Assembly (NCBI GenBank): GCA_049515895.1
Contig: JBEKTQ010000004.1
Location: forward strand, 83,564 to 147,563
Length of the DNA: 64,000 nt
Reading direction: 5' to 3'
Origin: Candidatus Bathyarchaeia archaeon
GTDB taxonomy: Archaea > Thermoproteota > Bathyarchaeia > Bathyarchaeales > Bathycorpusculaceae
The first letter of the stretch is position 1. Every line of letters starts with the position of its first letter. This document shows positions 1 through 9,550 of the stretch, piece by piece. The notes beneath the pieces are model-generated. The model was not told the DNA's origin and did not search any database. It worked only from the letters and a program-made list of their open reading frames with translations. The position numbers were made by a program, and so were the translations under genes.

Positions 1-118
1 ATTTAAGGGGGTTGAATGCTTTTTCTTTGGTGAATGAGCAGGCGTATTCGCAGATTTGGCAGCCTACACATTTTTCCGGGTCAACTGAAACGAATTTTCT
101 TTCGCGAGTTTTGACCAT
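1..118 (-). CDS. 4Fe-4S dicluster (ferredoxin-like) protein, 5' part only, runs off window; probably cotranscribed with aor
   Basis: Manual translation from ATG at 118: MVKTRERKFVSVDPEKCVGCQICEYACSFTKEKAFNPLK, with CxxCxxCxxxC; starts 2 nt after the aor stop. Confidence 0.85.
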   Translation of the reverse strand, partial: MVKTRERKFVSVDPEKCVGCQICEYACSFTKEKAFNPLK

Positions 119-120
119 TT

Positions 121-1977
121 TTAATCCTCTTTTCCTTCAACTATGCCTGATAAATCTTCCAGTCCAAGCTTGGTGAGCACATCTTTTGTGGGTACTCCTT
201 CAAGCGTCCAGTTGCGTGACAGGTAATAGTCATCGAGAAGCAAGTCAAGCTCCTCCTGAGTTACCACGGAGCCTTTTCCTGGGCCATCATCAGTTATTGG
301 TTGGTTCATGACTTTCCACGGCAACGTGTCGTCTTTGCGACTTAATCCTTCCCGGATGTTAATTAGCCGCGCAAGATTGTTTATCCGTTCGCCTGCAAGG
401 CTTAGCTCCTGCGGAGTCATCTCGTACCCCGTTACCAGAGTGTAAAGCTTAGCCATGTCAGGCAACTCCTTGTACAGGGTGCCTCTAGCGTTCTTGCAGA
501 TAATGAGTGAATCAATTAAAGCGTAAATATCTTCGGAATCTTTGACCAGTTTGCCTCGGCCTTTTTCAGCTTTAAAACGGTCAACTTTACCCGATATATC
601 AAACGCATACGCGCCGCTGCGGTTGTGGTCAGCTCCACGGAAGGAAACTGCAAACCCTAAAGCAGCGGTTTTCAAGCATCTTAAATCGTAGCCTGTGACT
701 TCCAACCCCTTGATGTTCTGAGCAAGCTTATCAGAGCCTTTGCCGATTTTCGCTGCTGCTGCTTTCGCCCCATCAGCCAAGACCTCGCCGATTCCCTCTC
801 GTTTGCCTATTTTCTCAATTAGCTGCAAGAGGGCTTCTGCGTTTCCAAAATGAGCGTCAATTCCATCAAGCTCCTCATGTGATAAGATGCCTTTTTCATG
901 ACAATCCATTACGAAACTGACCGTCACACCCGTGCTTGTCGCATCTAAACCATAATAATTGCAGAGGTCACTGGCTTTGATTATTGCGTCAAGCTTATCG
1001 ACACCGCAGTTCGGGCCGAGTGCCCAGATGTTATCGTATTCCATGCGTGCCATGGTTCCTTTGTATGGCCCATCATGGATAACGGCTTCATGCTCGCACC
1101 GCATTGCGCATGAGTTGCAAGCGATTATTTTCGCGACGTATCTTTCGTTTAGAGTTTCACCGCTTACTTTTTCAGCGTTATCAAAATATGAGTTATTGTA
1201 GTTGCGTGTGGGCAAGCAGTGTAGTGCGTTTAGAATCATAACGTTTTCTGCTGACCCCAATGTTCGGTATTTTTGCGCTGCTGGTCCTTTCATTCTTTCA
1301 TGAAACTCCTTGACCATCTCAATAAATTCTTCAGGCTTAGCGACAACAATGTCTTTGGTTCCCCGCACAGCGATGGCTTTTAGGTTCTTTGACCCCATGA
1401 CTGCGCCAAGGCCTGTTCTTCCAGCTGCGCGGGTTTTCTCGTTTGTTATGTTGGCGATTTTGGACTGTTTTTCGCCTGCCAAACCAATGGAGGCAACGCG
1501 CACGTAGTAGTCCCCAAGTTCCTCTTTAACTGCGTCTTCGGTTTCGGAGGGCGATTTACCCCAAATTTTTTCTGCATCAAGTAACTGGACTGAATCATCA
1601 TCTATCCAAAGGTAAACGGGTCTTTCGGCTTTCCCAGTTAGAATTATAGCGTCGTAGCCAGCTCTTTTTATTTCTGCTCCGAAGGTGCCGTGGCTTACTG
1701 CCTCACCGACACCGCCCGTTTCAGGTGATTTTGAAATGAACGCGTGTCCATTCCCGCCCGTCGGGAACATAGTTCCTGAAACTGGACCCACTGCTAGAAC
1801 CAGCGGGTTTTCAGGATTGAATGGGTCAACGCCTGCTTTTGAGTTGGCTAGCCAAAGTTTCATGCCTAAGCCTATGCCGCCAATGTATTTTTTGGCTGTT
1901 TCCTCGTCTAGTTTCTCCATAGTTATTTTGCCTATGGATAAGTTAACGCGTAGAACCCTTCCTGCGTAACCGAGCAA
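121..1977 (-). CDS. aor: Tungsten-dependent aldehyde:ferredoxin oxidoreductase family protein
   Basis: GYAGRVLRVNL N-terminus, GRTGLGAVMGSKNLKAIAV, CxxCxxxC, DxxGLD-like motif, DSLIIC. Confidence 0.93.
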   Translation of the reverse strand: MLGYAGRVLRVNLSIGKITMEKLDEETAKKYIGGIGLGMKLWLANSKAGVDPFNPENPLVLAVGPVSGTMFPTGGNGHAFISKSPETGGVGEAVSHGTFGAEIKRAGYDAIILTGKAERPVYLWIDDDSVQLLDAEKIWGKSPSETEDAVKEELGDYYVRVASIGLAGEKQSKIANITNEKTRAAGRTGLGAVMGSKNLKAIAVRGTKDIVVAKPEEFIEMVKEFHERMKGPAAQKYRTLGSAENVMILNALHCLPTRNYNNSYFDNAEKVSGETLNERYVAKIIACNSCAMRCEHEAVIHDGPYKGTMARMEYDNIWALGPNCGVDKLDAIIKASDLCNYYGLDATSTGVTVSFVMDCHEKGILSHEELDGIDAHFGNAEALLQLIEKIGKREGIGEVLADGAKAAAAKIGKGSDKLAQNIKGLEVTGYDLRCLKTAALGFAVSFRGADHNRSGAYAFDISGKVDRFKAEKGRGKLVKDSEDIYALIDSLIICKNARGTLYKELPDMAKLYTLVTGYEMTPQELSLAGERINNLARLINIREGLSRKDDTLPWKVMNQPITDDGPGKGSVVTQEELDLLLDDYYLSRNWTLEGVPTKDVLTKLGLEDLSGIVEGKED

Positions 1978-2080
1978 CCTATGTTCCTCCGTTAAATTTA
2001 GAATTATTAGTCAGTTGAACAGTATATTAAGTTAATGGGTTTTATTTTTGAAATTCATGGCTGAGAGGGGTTTCAATTTT

Positions 2081-2108
2081 AGCGTTATGAACACTCTGTC
2101 ATAACGCT
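2081..2108. promoter_or_regulatory. Perfect inverted repeat AGCGTTATGA-N8-TCATAACGCT between divergent aor and moaD; candidate ModE-like operator
   Basis: 10-bp perfect arms with 8-bp spacer seen directly; CGTTAT...ATAACG resembles ModE boxes. Confidence 0.55.
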
Positions 2109-2183
2109 TTTCTGTGTTATCCGCAAGTCAAAAGGCGTTTTGGTACGGATAAAAGATATGAGTCGCCTCATTCAATCCAATAC

Positions 2184-2495
2184 ATGGTTGTAGCAGAGGG
2201 TCAAAAAATGAAAGTTAAAGTTCACTACTTAAGCCTGGTCAAGAGCTTCACTAAGACAGGCCAAGATGAATTCGATCTAAACCAAGATGTGGCGCTGTCG
2301 GATTTGCTATGCGACGTCGCTGAAAAATATGGGAAACCCTTCACGCAAGAGGTTTACGACCCAACTAAAAAAGAGATGAAGTCAACATTCGTGACCATGG
2401 TTAACGGTGTCTTAATGGATCAACTGCAAGGTATCAACACGCCACTTAAAGACGGTGACAACATAATTATAATGTCTCTTATGACAGGCGGCTAA
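2184..2495 (+). CDS. MoaD/ThiS-family ubiquitin-like sulfur carrier (SAMP); start may be 2208
   Basis: Beta-grasp size, VNG motif, LKDGD, C-terminal GG. Confidence 0.88.
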   Translation: MVVAEGQKMKVKVHYLSLVKSFTKTGQDEFDLNQDVALSDLLCDVAEKYGKPFTQEVYDPTKKEMKSTFVTMVNGVLMDQLQGINTPLKDGDNIIIMSLMTGG

Positions 2496-2524
2496 AAGCT
2501 AAATCTACTTCTCTCCGGACAAAC

Positions 2525-3163
2525 GTGAACGGCATGGTTAAAGTCGAAAAATCCAAATCTGTCTATTGGCTGGATAACAAACTTTACTTGAACATTACCA
2601 ACCGCTGCTCTAACCGCTGCTTTTTCTGTCTCAAAAATTTCAAGCAAGGTGTAGGCGGCTTCAGCCTAAAACTCGTTGCGGAACCGAGTTTCGAACAGAT
2701 TATAGACGAACTTAAAGGGGTGCTGGGCACGCGAAATTGGGCTGAAGCGGTTTTCTGCGGCTTCGGGGAGCCGACAGAGCGGCTTGATGTTTTGTTGATG
2801 GTTGCGCGTTGGATTAGGCAGCATTATGGCAAGCCGCTTAAGATACGACTAAACACGAATGGACATGGCTCAGTGATTAACAGAGGCAGGGATGTGTCTG
2901 CTGAGTTGAGGGCAGCAGGGGTTGACAAGGTGAGCGTTAGCTTGAACGCTGGGGATAAGGAAACGTATGAGCAGGTTTGTAAGCCAACCTTCGAGGGAGC
3001 TTACGAGGCAATTATAGAGTTTATACGGAAAGCTAAGCCCTTTTTACAGATAGAGGCTACTGCGGTCAGACTGCCTGAGGTTGACTTAGCTAAGGCAAAG
3101 GCGGTTGCGGACGAGTTGGGCGTCGGCTTTAGAGTTCGAGAGTATATTCCTTGCTTTTACTAG
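2525..3163 (+). CDS. TatD-associated-type radical SAM protein
   Basis: LYLNITNRCSNRCFFC (CxxxCxxC), VFCGFGEP, RLNTNGHG, SVSLNA. Confidence 0.85.
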   Translation: MNGMVKVEKSKSVYWLDNKLYLNITNRCSNRCFFCLKNFKQGVGGFSLKLVAEPSFEQIIDELKGVLGTRNWAEAVFCGFGEPTERLDVLLMVARWIRQHYGKPLKIRLNTNGHGSVINRGRDVSAELRAAGVDKVSVSLNAGDKETYEQVCKPTFEGAYEAIIEFIRKAKPFLQIEATAVRLPEVDLAKAKAVADELGVGFRVREYIPCFY

Positions 3164-3223
3164 TTTTCGAAAGGGTTTTGGGAGTTAGATAGCCGGATTA
3201 AGACCTACATTTTTCAGAGCACT

Positions 3224-3709
3224 TTAAAAAGCTTTTAATGGTCCTTCAGAAGTCTTGAATTCAATCAAAATGATCCAAAAACCGCTTTGCCATGCTGTGA
3301 GCTTTCGCCAAAGAATCAAAGTTTCATACCAAAACACAGCAACCATAGCAACGCAAACAACTATCAGCCAAAACGTAAAATCCGAACCGTAAAGTGCTTC
3401 TAAAGAAAAAAAGGCAACTACAATAGTGAAGAGCAACGAGAAGAAGAACAGTTGGGGCACCACCGCTGGACCGACTTTGGAGTAACCCTCAAGAACTTTG
3501 GCTGATGCATCCTTGATAGCGAAGTACTTTCCCTGTTCGTCTTGCTTAACGTAGTTGGCTTCTACAAGTTTCCCCAAATGATAGGAGGCTAATGAGGCTG
3601 AAGACAACTCGAGACCTCGTTGAACCTCCCTAAGCTCAGATGGACCGTGTTTAAGAAGGTGCAAGTATGCCTTTAGCGTATTGCCTCTAATTTCTTGATT
3701 ATTTGGCAT
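3224..3709 (-). CDS. Winged-HTH regulator with two C-terminal transmembrane helices
   Basis: REVQRGLELSSASLASYHLGKLVEANYVKQDEQGKY followed by two hydrophobic segments. Confidence 0.75.
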   Translation of the reverse strand: MPNNQEIRGNTLKAYLHLLKHGPSELREVQRGLELSSASLASYHLGKLVEANYVKQDEQGKYFAIKDASAKVLEGYSKVGPAVVPQLFFFSLLFTIVVAFFSLEALYGSDFTFWLIVVCVAMVAVFWYETLILWRKLTAWQSGFWIILIEFKTSEGPLKAF

Positions 3710-3942
3710 TTGAAGGAAATATCTTAGAAGGCAGCAATTTAATGATTGCGTCTGGATTCCTTTAAAGAAGGCTACGATACTGCGAATGGATTAAGCGGAC
3801 AAGATCTTCCATATCTGAACCTAAATTGCAGAAATCTGGATCTTGGCATTTGGAACCTTTTGGAAAGAAAACGGGGTTAAGCAAAATATATATGGGTTGG
3901 TCATCAACGAGATAACTCAGAGTGCTGAATGAGGAGTAAACG

Positions 3943-4929
3943 ATGGTTTCTCTTAGAGCTTTAGCCCCATCCTTAACAAGAATAACAGTTGCGGGAGCAA
4001 TAGGCGCCGCTTTGCATGTTGGTCAAGGCGACTGCGACTTAATTGATGCAAAAGCCGTTGAATTTTCAAGAGCCGTCCTTGCTCAAACAGACGTTGAAGG
4101 CGAAGTAATCTGCTGCGAAGGACCCAAAGATCATGCACCGTCGTTCGAACGTCGTGAAAAAGTCGGAACAGGAGGAGGGCCCAAGGTTGAATTTATCGTT
4201 GACCCAGTTGACGGAACCACTGCGGCCAGCAAAGGTAGAAAAGATGCGATTTCCGCATTGGCATGCGCACCGGCAGGCTGTTTCCAAGTTTTGCCCGATG
4301 ACGGATACTACTTCAAAATCGCCGCGGACCATCATGCAATGGGAAAAATATCCATGGAAATGTCTGTCCAAGAACTAGTGCGCACGGTGGCCCATGAAAA
4401 AGGTTTATCCTTAGCAAACTTTACTGTCATAATGCTTGAACGTGACCGACATAACGAAATCCTTGCCCAACTGAGAAAACTCGGCGTACGAATTCTGCTT
4501 ATTCCGGACGGAGACATCGCTGGCGCCGTGGTCTGTTGCTTACCGAACACCGGAGTAGATATGTTAATCGGCGCAGGCGCCGGACCTGAAGCCACCATTG
4601 CCGCGACAGCAGTGAAGATTCTTGGCGGAACCATGCTAGCCAAAGTCTGGGAGGACAAAAAAGATGATTCAGAACGCCTAGAACGCTTGCGGAAAAGCGG
4701 CGTTGACGTACACAAAACATACAATCAGGATGAACTTGCAAAAGGGAAAGAACTGGTTTTTGCAGCGTCAGGAGTCACAAAAGGCGAACTCTTAGACGGA
4801 GTGAGAATGGTTCCTAATGGCGCGATTGTTAATTCGATTTGCATGCGGTTGCCTAGTGGAACAATAGAAAGATCTGAAACTACGTTGCGGTTTAAAGGTC
4901 ACCCGGTTTACCAACAATTCCTCCCGTAA
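3943..4929 (+). CDS. glpX: Class II fructose-1,6-bisphosphatase (GlpX family)
   Basis: VDPVDGTT, LERDRH, LIPDGDIAGA, GAGAGPEATIAATA, FAASGVTKGELLDGV. Confidence 0.9.
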   Translation: MVSLRALAPSLTRITVAGAIGAALHVGQGDCDLIDAKAVEFSRAVLAQTDVEGEVICCEGPKDHAPSFERREKVGTGGGPKVEFIVDPVDGTTAASKGRKDAISALACAPAGCFQVLPDDGYYFKIAADHHAMGKISMEMSVQELVRTVAHEKGLSLANFTVIMLERDRHNEILAQLRKLGVRILLIPDGDIAGAVVCCLPNTGVDMLIGAGAGPEATIAATAVKILGGTMLAKVWEDKKDDSERLERLRKSGVDVHKTYNQDELAKGKELVFAASGVTKGELLDGVRMVPNGAIVNSICMRLPSGTIERSETTLRFKGHPVYQQFLP

Positions 4930-5011
4930 ACGCAGCTATTTATTAAAAAGTACCATTTTTTTCACAAGCACCTTAATATTTACTTACCAATTTTTCTTTA
5001 ACAGGTAAACA

Positions 5012-6970
5012 ATGACTTTTGAGGACAACACCTGTATAGAAAAGCAGGAGCAAAAAGAAGAACAACACCAAAACGAACGTGTGTTTGTTACTTTTGCCGT
5101 TTTATTGGGCTTAACCATTACAATAGGCGGCTTACTTGACTACTTCTTCTCAGGTGTGCCCCTCAACTTCACAATCCCGCTCGTGAATGTAAAAGCAAGC
5201 CTAAGCATAATTCTATACTATGTTGTGGTCCTTTTCGCCTCAATATACATCGGTCTCGTCGGATTGAGAGAGCTCTTCGCAGAAAAAAGATTCTCAGTGG
5301 AATTCTTGATGGCGGTGGCAGCGCTAGGCGCCCTTTACCTGCACGCTTTTTTTGAGGCAGCGACAGTATTGTTTCTTTACTCCATTGCCGAGTACCTTGA
5401 AGGTTACATTGAAGATAGGGCTCGGCGAACAGTTGAGAAGCTTTCAAAGTTCATGCCCGACCGCGCCAGAATCATTTTGGACGGAACGGAGAAAACTGTC
5501 AACGTCAACGAAGTCGAACCTAATCTGATTCTGGTTGTGAGACCCGGCGAGCGTATTCCCCTAGACGGCAACGTTACCGAAGGTTTTTCGCATGTTGACC
5601 AAGCACTTGTGACGGGTGAATCAGTACCAGTTACCAAGAAGGTTGATGACTGCGTGTATGCTGGCACGTTAAACATGAGCGGTGTATTAAAAATCGCGGT
5701 CACCAAAAAGGCAAGCGAGACACTTGTTTCAAAAATCATGGTGCTTGTGTCTGAATCTGGCAAGCGGAAAGCGTCTGTAGAAAAACTTGTTGACCAATTT
5801 GCAAAAATTTACGTCCCAATCGTTATCAGCTTAGCTGTTGTAACGGCTGTGTTGCCAACATTAGTCTTTGGTGGGTCTTTTCACACTTGGCTCTACCGCT
5901 CTCTTATCCTCATAGTGGTATCTTGCCCCAGTGCCTTCATTATCTCAGTTCCAGCAACAGTGTTTGTAGCCATAACAATCGCTGCTAGAAGAGGCGTATT
6001 AATAAAGGGGGGAATTTACGTGGAAAAACTCGCCAAAGTCAAACGTGTAGTTTTCGACAAAACAGGCACGTTAACGCTGGGTAGACCTGCTGTCCACCAG
6101 GTAAGATTGACGCATAGAACCGAGCAGGAGGCATTGGCGCTTGCAGCCGCGCTTGACCAGTTCTCAAATCACCCTGTAGCACAAGCCATTGTCAGACGGG
6201 CAAGAGAAAACAGCATAGACCTAAGCAAGTTCAAAGTTACCGACCTCACCGAAGTTCCAGGCAAAGGCATAATCGGAAACGTTAACGGCAACTTCGTGGC
6301 AGTCGGAAACATGGAACTTATGAAAGAGTTTGATTGTAACTGCGAAGAAGCGATGGCGATTGATGAGGCGGACACGCACACCTCAGTCTGTGTTTCCGTC
6401 GGAAAGGAAGGGTTTGCAACAGTTTGCGTTGTAGACCAGGTGCGGGAAGACGCGTTAAAAGCAATAAGCGACTTGAAGAAAAACGGGATAAAAACGGCAA
6501 TGCTCACTGGCGACAGGGCAGAAATTGCCAAAGAAACGGCAGAAACTCTAAAAATCGATGAAGTCTACGCTGAGCTATTTCCTGAAGACAAACTCAAATG
6601 TATCGAGGAGATGAAAGGGAAAGATGGACTCGTGGCAATGGTTGGAGACGGCGTCAACGATGCCCCCGCACTTGCCGTTTCAGACGTCGGCATAGCCATG
6701 GGCGCCGCAGGCGTTGACGTTGCCCTGGAATCCGCGGATGTGGTGCTTGTGAAGGACGAGCTTGCCCAAATTCCTTACCTGATTAGGCTAAGCGATAAAA
6801 CAATGGGGATAGCCAAACAAAACATCGCGGCATCACTCGTCATAAAACTCATTTTAGGAGCACTAGGGGTACTCGGGGTAACGGGGTTGCTCGCAACAGT
6901 TATCGCTGGAGATGACGGGGTCACTATGCTTCTTTTGCTTAATTCACTGCGGCTTGAACGCGTAAAATAG
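5012..6970 (+). CDS. Heavy-metal P1B-type ATPase (ZntA/CadA-like), no N-terminal HMA domain
   Basis: TGES, SCPS, DKTGT, HP, MLTGD, GDGVNDAPAL motifs. Confidence 0.93.
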   Translation: MTFEDNTCIEKQEQKEEQHQNERVFVTFAVLLGLTITIGGLLDYFFSGVPLNFTIPLVNVKASLSIILYYVVVLFASIYIGLVGLRELFAEKRFSVEFLMAVAALGALYLHAFFEAATVLFLYSIAEYLEGYIEDRARRTVEKLSKFMPDRARIILDGTEKTVNVNEVEPNLILVVRPGERIPLDGNVTEGFSHVDQALVTGESVPVTKKVDDCVYAGTLNMSGVLKIAVTKKASETLVSKIMVLVSESGKRKASVEKLVDQFAKIYVPIVISLAVVTAVLPTLVFGGSFHTWLYRSLILIVVSCPSAFIISVPATVFVAITIAARRGVLIKGGIYVEKLAKVKRVVFDKTGTLTLGRPAVHQVRLTHRTEQEALALAAALDQFSNHPVAQAIVRRARENSIDLSKFKVTDLTEVPGKGIIGNVNGNFVAVGNMELMKEFDCNCEEAMAIDEADTHTSVCVSVGKEGFATVCVVDQVREDALKAISDLKKNGIKTAMLTGDRAEIAKETAETLKIDEVYAELFPEDKLKCIEEMKGKDGLVAMVGDGVNDAPALAVSDVGIAMGAAGVDVALESADVVLVKDELAQIPYLIRLSDKTMGIAKQNIAASLVIKLILGALGVLGVTGLLATVIAGDDGVTMLLLLNSLRLERVK

Positions 6971-7073
6971 GTCATTGAGGAATATTGCTCAAGACAGTTT
7001 TGAAAATGTTTGCCCTAAAAAATAGGTTGCAATTTGAAAAATTAATAAGCGATCAAACAGTGACCTTACAGTC

Positions 7074-7574
7074 ATGCCTAAGCCCTATCCAAAAACCCAG
7101 CCTAAAAAGACCAAACCGAATACCAAAACCAACGGTCAACCCAAACCCGTAAGCATCACCTCAAGCAAAACCTACTGGATAACGCTAACGTTGCTAATGC
7201 TTGTTTTCGGGTCTTTTTACGGATACTTAATGAAAGTTGCCTTAGCCGCCATAGGTATTATGCTGGCAAGTGTCCTGTTTCTGATAGGTTTCGCATATTA
7301 CCTCAAATTCAAACAGTCCCCCTTAACAAACTCCAGTAGGGCAACATTTCTTTTTGGCGGAGCCTGCGTTATCGGCTTTGCAATCTGGGTAGTAATCGTG
7401 CTTCTTTCAAGTCTAGTTGGCCTTTGGGCACCAATAGCACTATCGATAGGCGACAACTTTTTTGCCATAACAAGCCTAATAATCTGCTTAACTTCAGGAG
7501 CGTTCATAGGAGACTTAATCGGCAACAACAAAGAGAAAATAAGCGTTTTTCTCAAGAGCAAGTTTAGCAAATAA
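7074..7574 (+). CDS. Hypothetical membrane protein (4 TM)
   Basis: 166-aa ORF with four hydrophobic segments. Confidence 0.7.
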   Translation: MPKPYPKTQPKKTKPNTKTNGQPKPVSITSSKTYWITLTLLMLVFGSFYGYLMKVALAAIGIMLASVLFLIGFAYYLKFKQSPLTNSSRATFLFGGACVIGFAIWVVIVLLSSLVGLWAPIALSIGDNFFAITSLIICLTSGAFIGDLIGNNKEKISVFLKSKFSK

Positions 7575-7663
7575 CTTTGTCCTTCCATTTACGCTCGCAG
7601 AACCTTTAAGAGCCCAAGCAATTAAGCATCTTCAGGAAAGCTAAACAAGGAATAGACCATACG

Positions 7664-8542
7664 TTGAAATTTGGAATAATGACTCGGAATCCCGAAGCAT
7701 GGAGCAGCACACAAGTTCGGGAAGCATTAACCAAACGAGGCATCCCATACGAATGCTTTACTTTTCCACGGATCGTCGCGAGGCTAGCATACAAACCCTA
7801 CTTCAAAGTCAACAGCACCAGCCTCTTGGACGATTTAGACGCCCTTATCATTCGTCCCATTGGACGCGGCTCGTTGGAGGAGCTGGTTTTCCGAATGGAC
7901 ATGCTCTACAAGCTTGAGCGTCAAGGCTTCTACATGGTGAATCCTCCGGCGGCAATAGAGCATTGTGTTGATAAATACGACATCCTTGCTCTCCTTGAGG
8001 ATATTGGCGTTCCCGTCCCACGCACCCTGGCAACTGAAAGCGTCAACGAAGCACTCAAAGCATTCAACGAGTTGGGTGGTGATATCGTTGTTAAACCTAT
8101 TTTTGGCTCACGCGGGCAAGGCGCAACTCGGGTTAACGACGTAGACATCGCCGATACCATTTTCAAAGCCATTACGTTCCACCATGGCGTCATTTACATG
8201 CAGGAATTCGTTCCTCATGGGCACTCGGATATTCGAGCCTTCGTAATCGGCGATCGGGTAGTCTCATCTATGCGGCGGGTTGCCGAAGGCTGGAAAACCA
8301 ATTACAGCAGAGGGGCCAAACCTGCCGCAGCTGAAATCAGCAAAGAATTTGAAGACTTAGCCATAAAATCAGCTAAGGCGGTGGGCTGTAAAATCGCGGG
8401 AGTGGATATCCTTGAAGGACCAGAAGGGCCGCGGATTGTAGATGTCAACAGCCAGCCAGGGTGGAAAGGACTGCAAGCGGTTGCCAAAGTTAATATCGCT
8501 GAAGAAATAGTTAGTTTTGTTTTGTCTGAACTGAAAAAATAA
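7664..8542 (+). CDS. RimK-family ATP-grasp ligase (MptN/CofF-like alpha-L-glutamate ligase)
   Basis: DKY, VPRT, VVKPIFGSRGQG, YMQEFV, DIRAFV, WKTNYSRG, AGVDIL, DVNSQPG. Confidence 0.88.
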   Translation: MKFGIMTRNPEAWSSTQVREALTKRGIPYECFTFPRIVARLAYKPYFKVNSTSLLDDLDALIIRPIGRGSLEELVFRMDMLYKLERQGFYMVNPPAAIEHCVDKYDILALLEDIGVPVPRTLATESVNEALKAFNELGGDIVVKPIFGSRGQGATRVNDVDIADTIFKAITFHHGVIYMQEFVPHGHSDIRAFVIGDRVVSSMRRVAEGWKTNYSRGAKPAAAEISKEFEDLAIKSAKAVGCKIAGVDILEGPEGPRIVDVNSQPGWKGLQAVAKVNIAEEIVSFVLSELKK

Positions 8543-8544
8543 GA

Positions 8545-9540
8545 TTATTTCTCGGAAACTATCAAGTTGTAAGGGTCAATGGGAACTTCGGGGAAAGGCA
8601 TTTCCTCTTTGTGCTTAACCATAACTCGCTCTTTTTCAGTGAATTCTCCTATAAAATAAGCCGTAAGCCCATTTTGCCTCAATGTTTCCATTACTTTTTT
8701 CGTCGCTTGAAAGTCCACCGCTACTAAAACAGTCCCTGTTGAAGACATAGATAGAACCTGCTCATCGCTAAGTCTGAAGTGGTTCTGTAAGGAAAGTACT
8801 TCGCGTGAAAACGCGAGTTTTTCCCAGTCCACTCTAAAACCAACTCCTGACGCTTCAGCAAGCTCGTTTAAAGCGGCTACAACCCCGCCTTCAGTGGCAT
8901 CATGCATCGCATGGACCCCGCCGGTTTTAGCCAGCTGCAGCGCTTCGGAAACGCAGCTTTGCATGCGAACCATCCCTGAAAATTTTTCCTGCACTTCTGC
9001 TCCGAACAGGTCCCTCGCCAGCTCCTTTTGGATCAGAGCAAAGTTGATTACCGTTTCTAAACCGAGCGGCTTGGTGCACAAAATGAGGTCGCCTGGCTTA
9101 GCATTTGCCGGCGTAATCAGTTTCTCCAAGTTCACTGTCCCATAAACTGTAGCGACGCCGACCAAGCCTTGAAGGCTATCATACATACCGGTGTGTCCTC
9201 GAACAATCGCGATGTCAAGTTCAACTGCTGCTTGGCAGGTTTGCTTCATAATTTTTTGAAAAACTTCTGGTTTTGTTGAGCGTGGCCCAAGCAGGTTGAT
9301 TGTACAAAATTGGGGTTTGGCACCTGACAGGGCAACGTCTGAGGCGGCGTAGTTGATCAGCAAGTAACCAAACCATTCTTCAGGAACGCCTGTGCACGGG
9401 TCAGACGCAACAACCATATATTTGCCGTCTACTTCGTGAACGCCTGAATCGTAGCCAATCATGGGTGGAATGACTACTCTGGAATCCTCCTTGATGCAGC
9501 TTAGAATTTTTTGTAGTTCTTGGTCTGGCAGTTTACCCAT
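8545..9540 (-). CDS. AIR-synthase-related (PurM/HypE/ThiL superfamily) protein
   Basis: MGKLP, GYDSG, SDP, SDVALSGAKP, GHT, AKPGDLIL, AMHDATEGGV. Confidence 0.85.
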   Translation of the reverse strand: MGKLPDQELQKILSCIKEDSRVVIPPMIGYDSGVHEVDGKYMVVASDPCTGVPEEWFGYLLINYAASDVALSGAKPQFCTINLLGPRSTKPEVFQKIMKQTCQAAVELDIAIVRGHTGMYDSLQGLVGVATVYGTVNLEKLITPANAKPGDLILCTKPLGLETVINFALIQKELARDLFGAEVQEKFSGMVRMQSCVSEALQLAKTGGVHAMHDATEGGVVAALNELAEASGVGFRVDWEKLAFSREVLSLQNHFRLSDEQVLSMSSTGTVLVAVDFQATKKVMETLRQNGLTAYFIGEFTEKERVMVKHKEEMPFPEVPIDPYNLIVSEK

Positions 9541-9550
9541 GTTTTATCCA

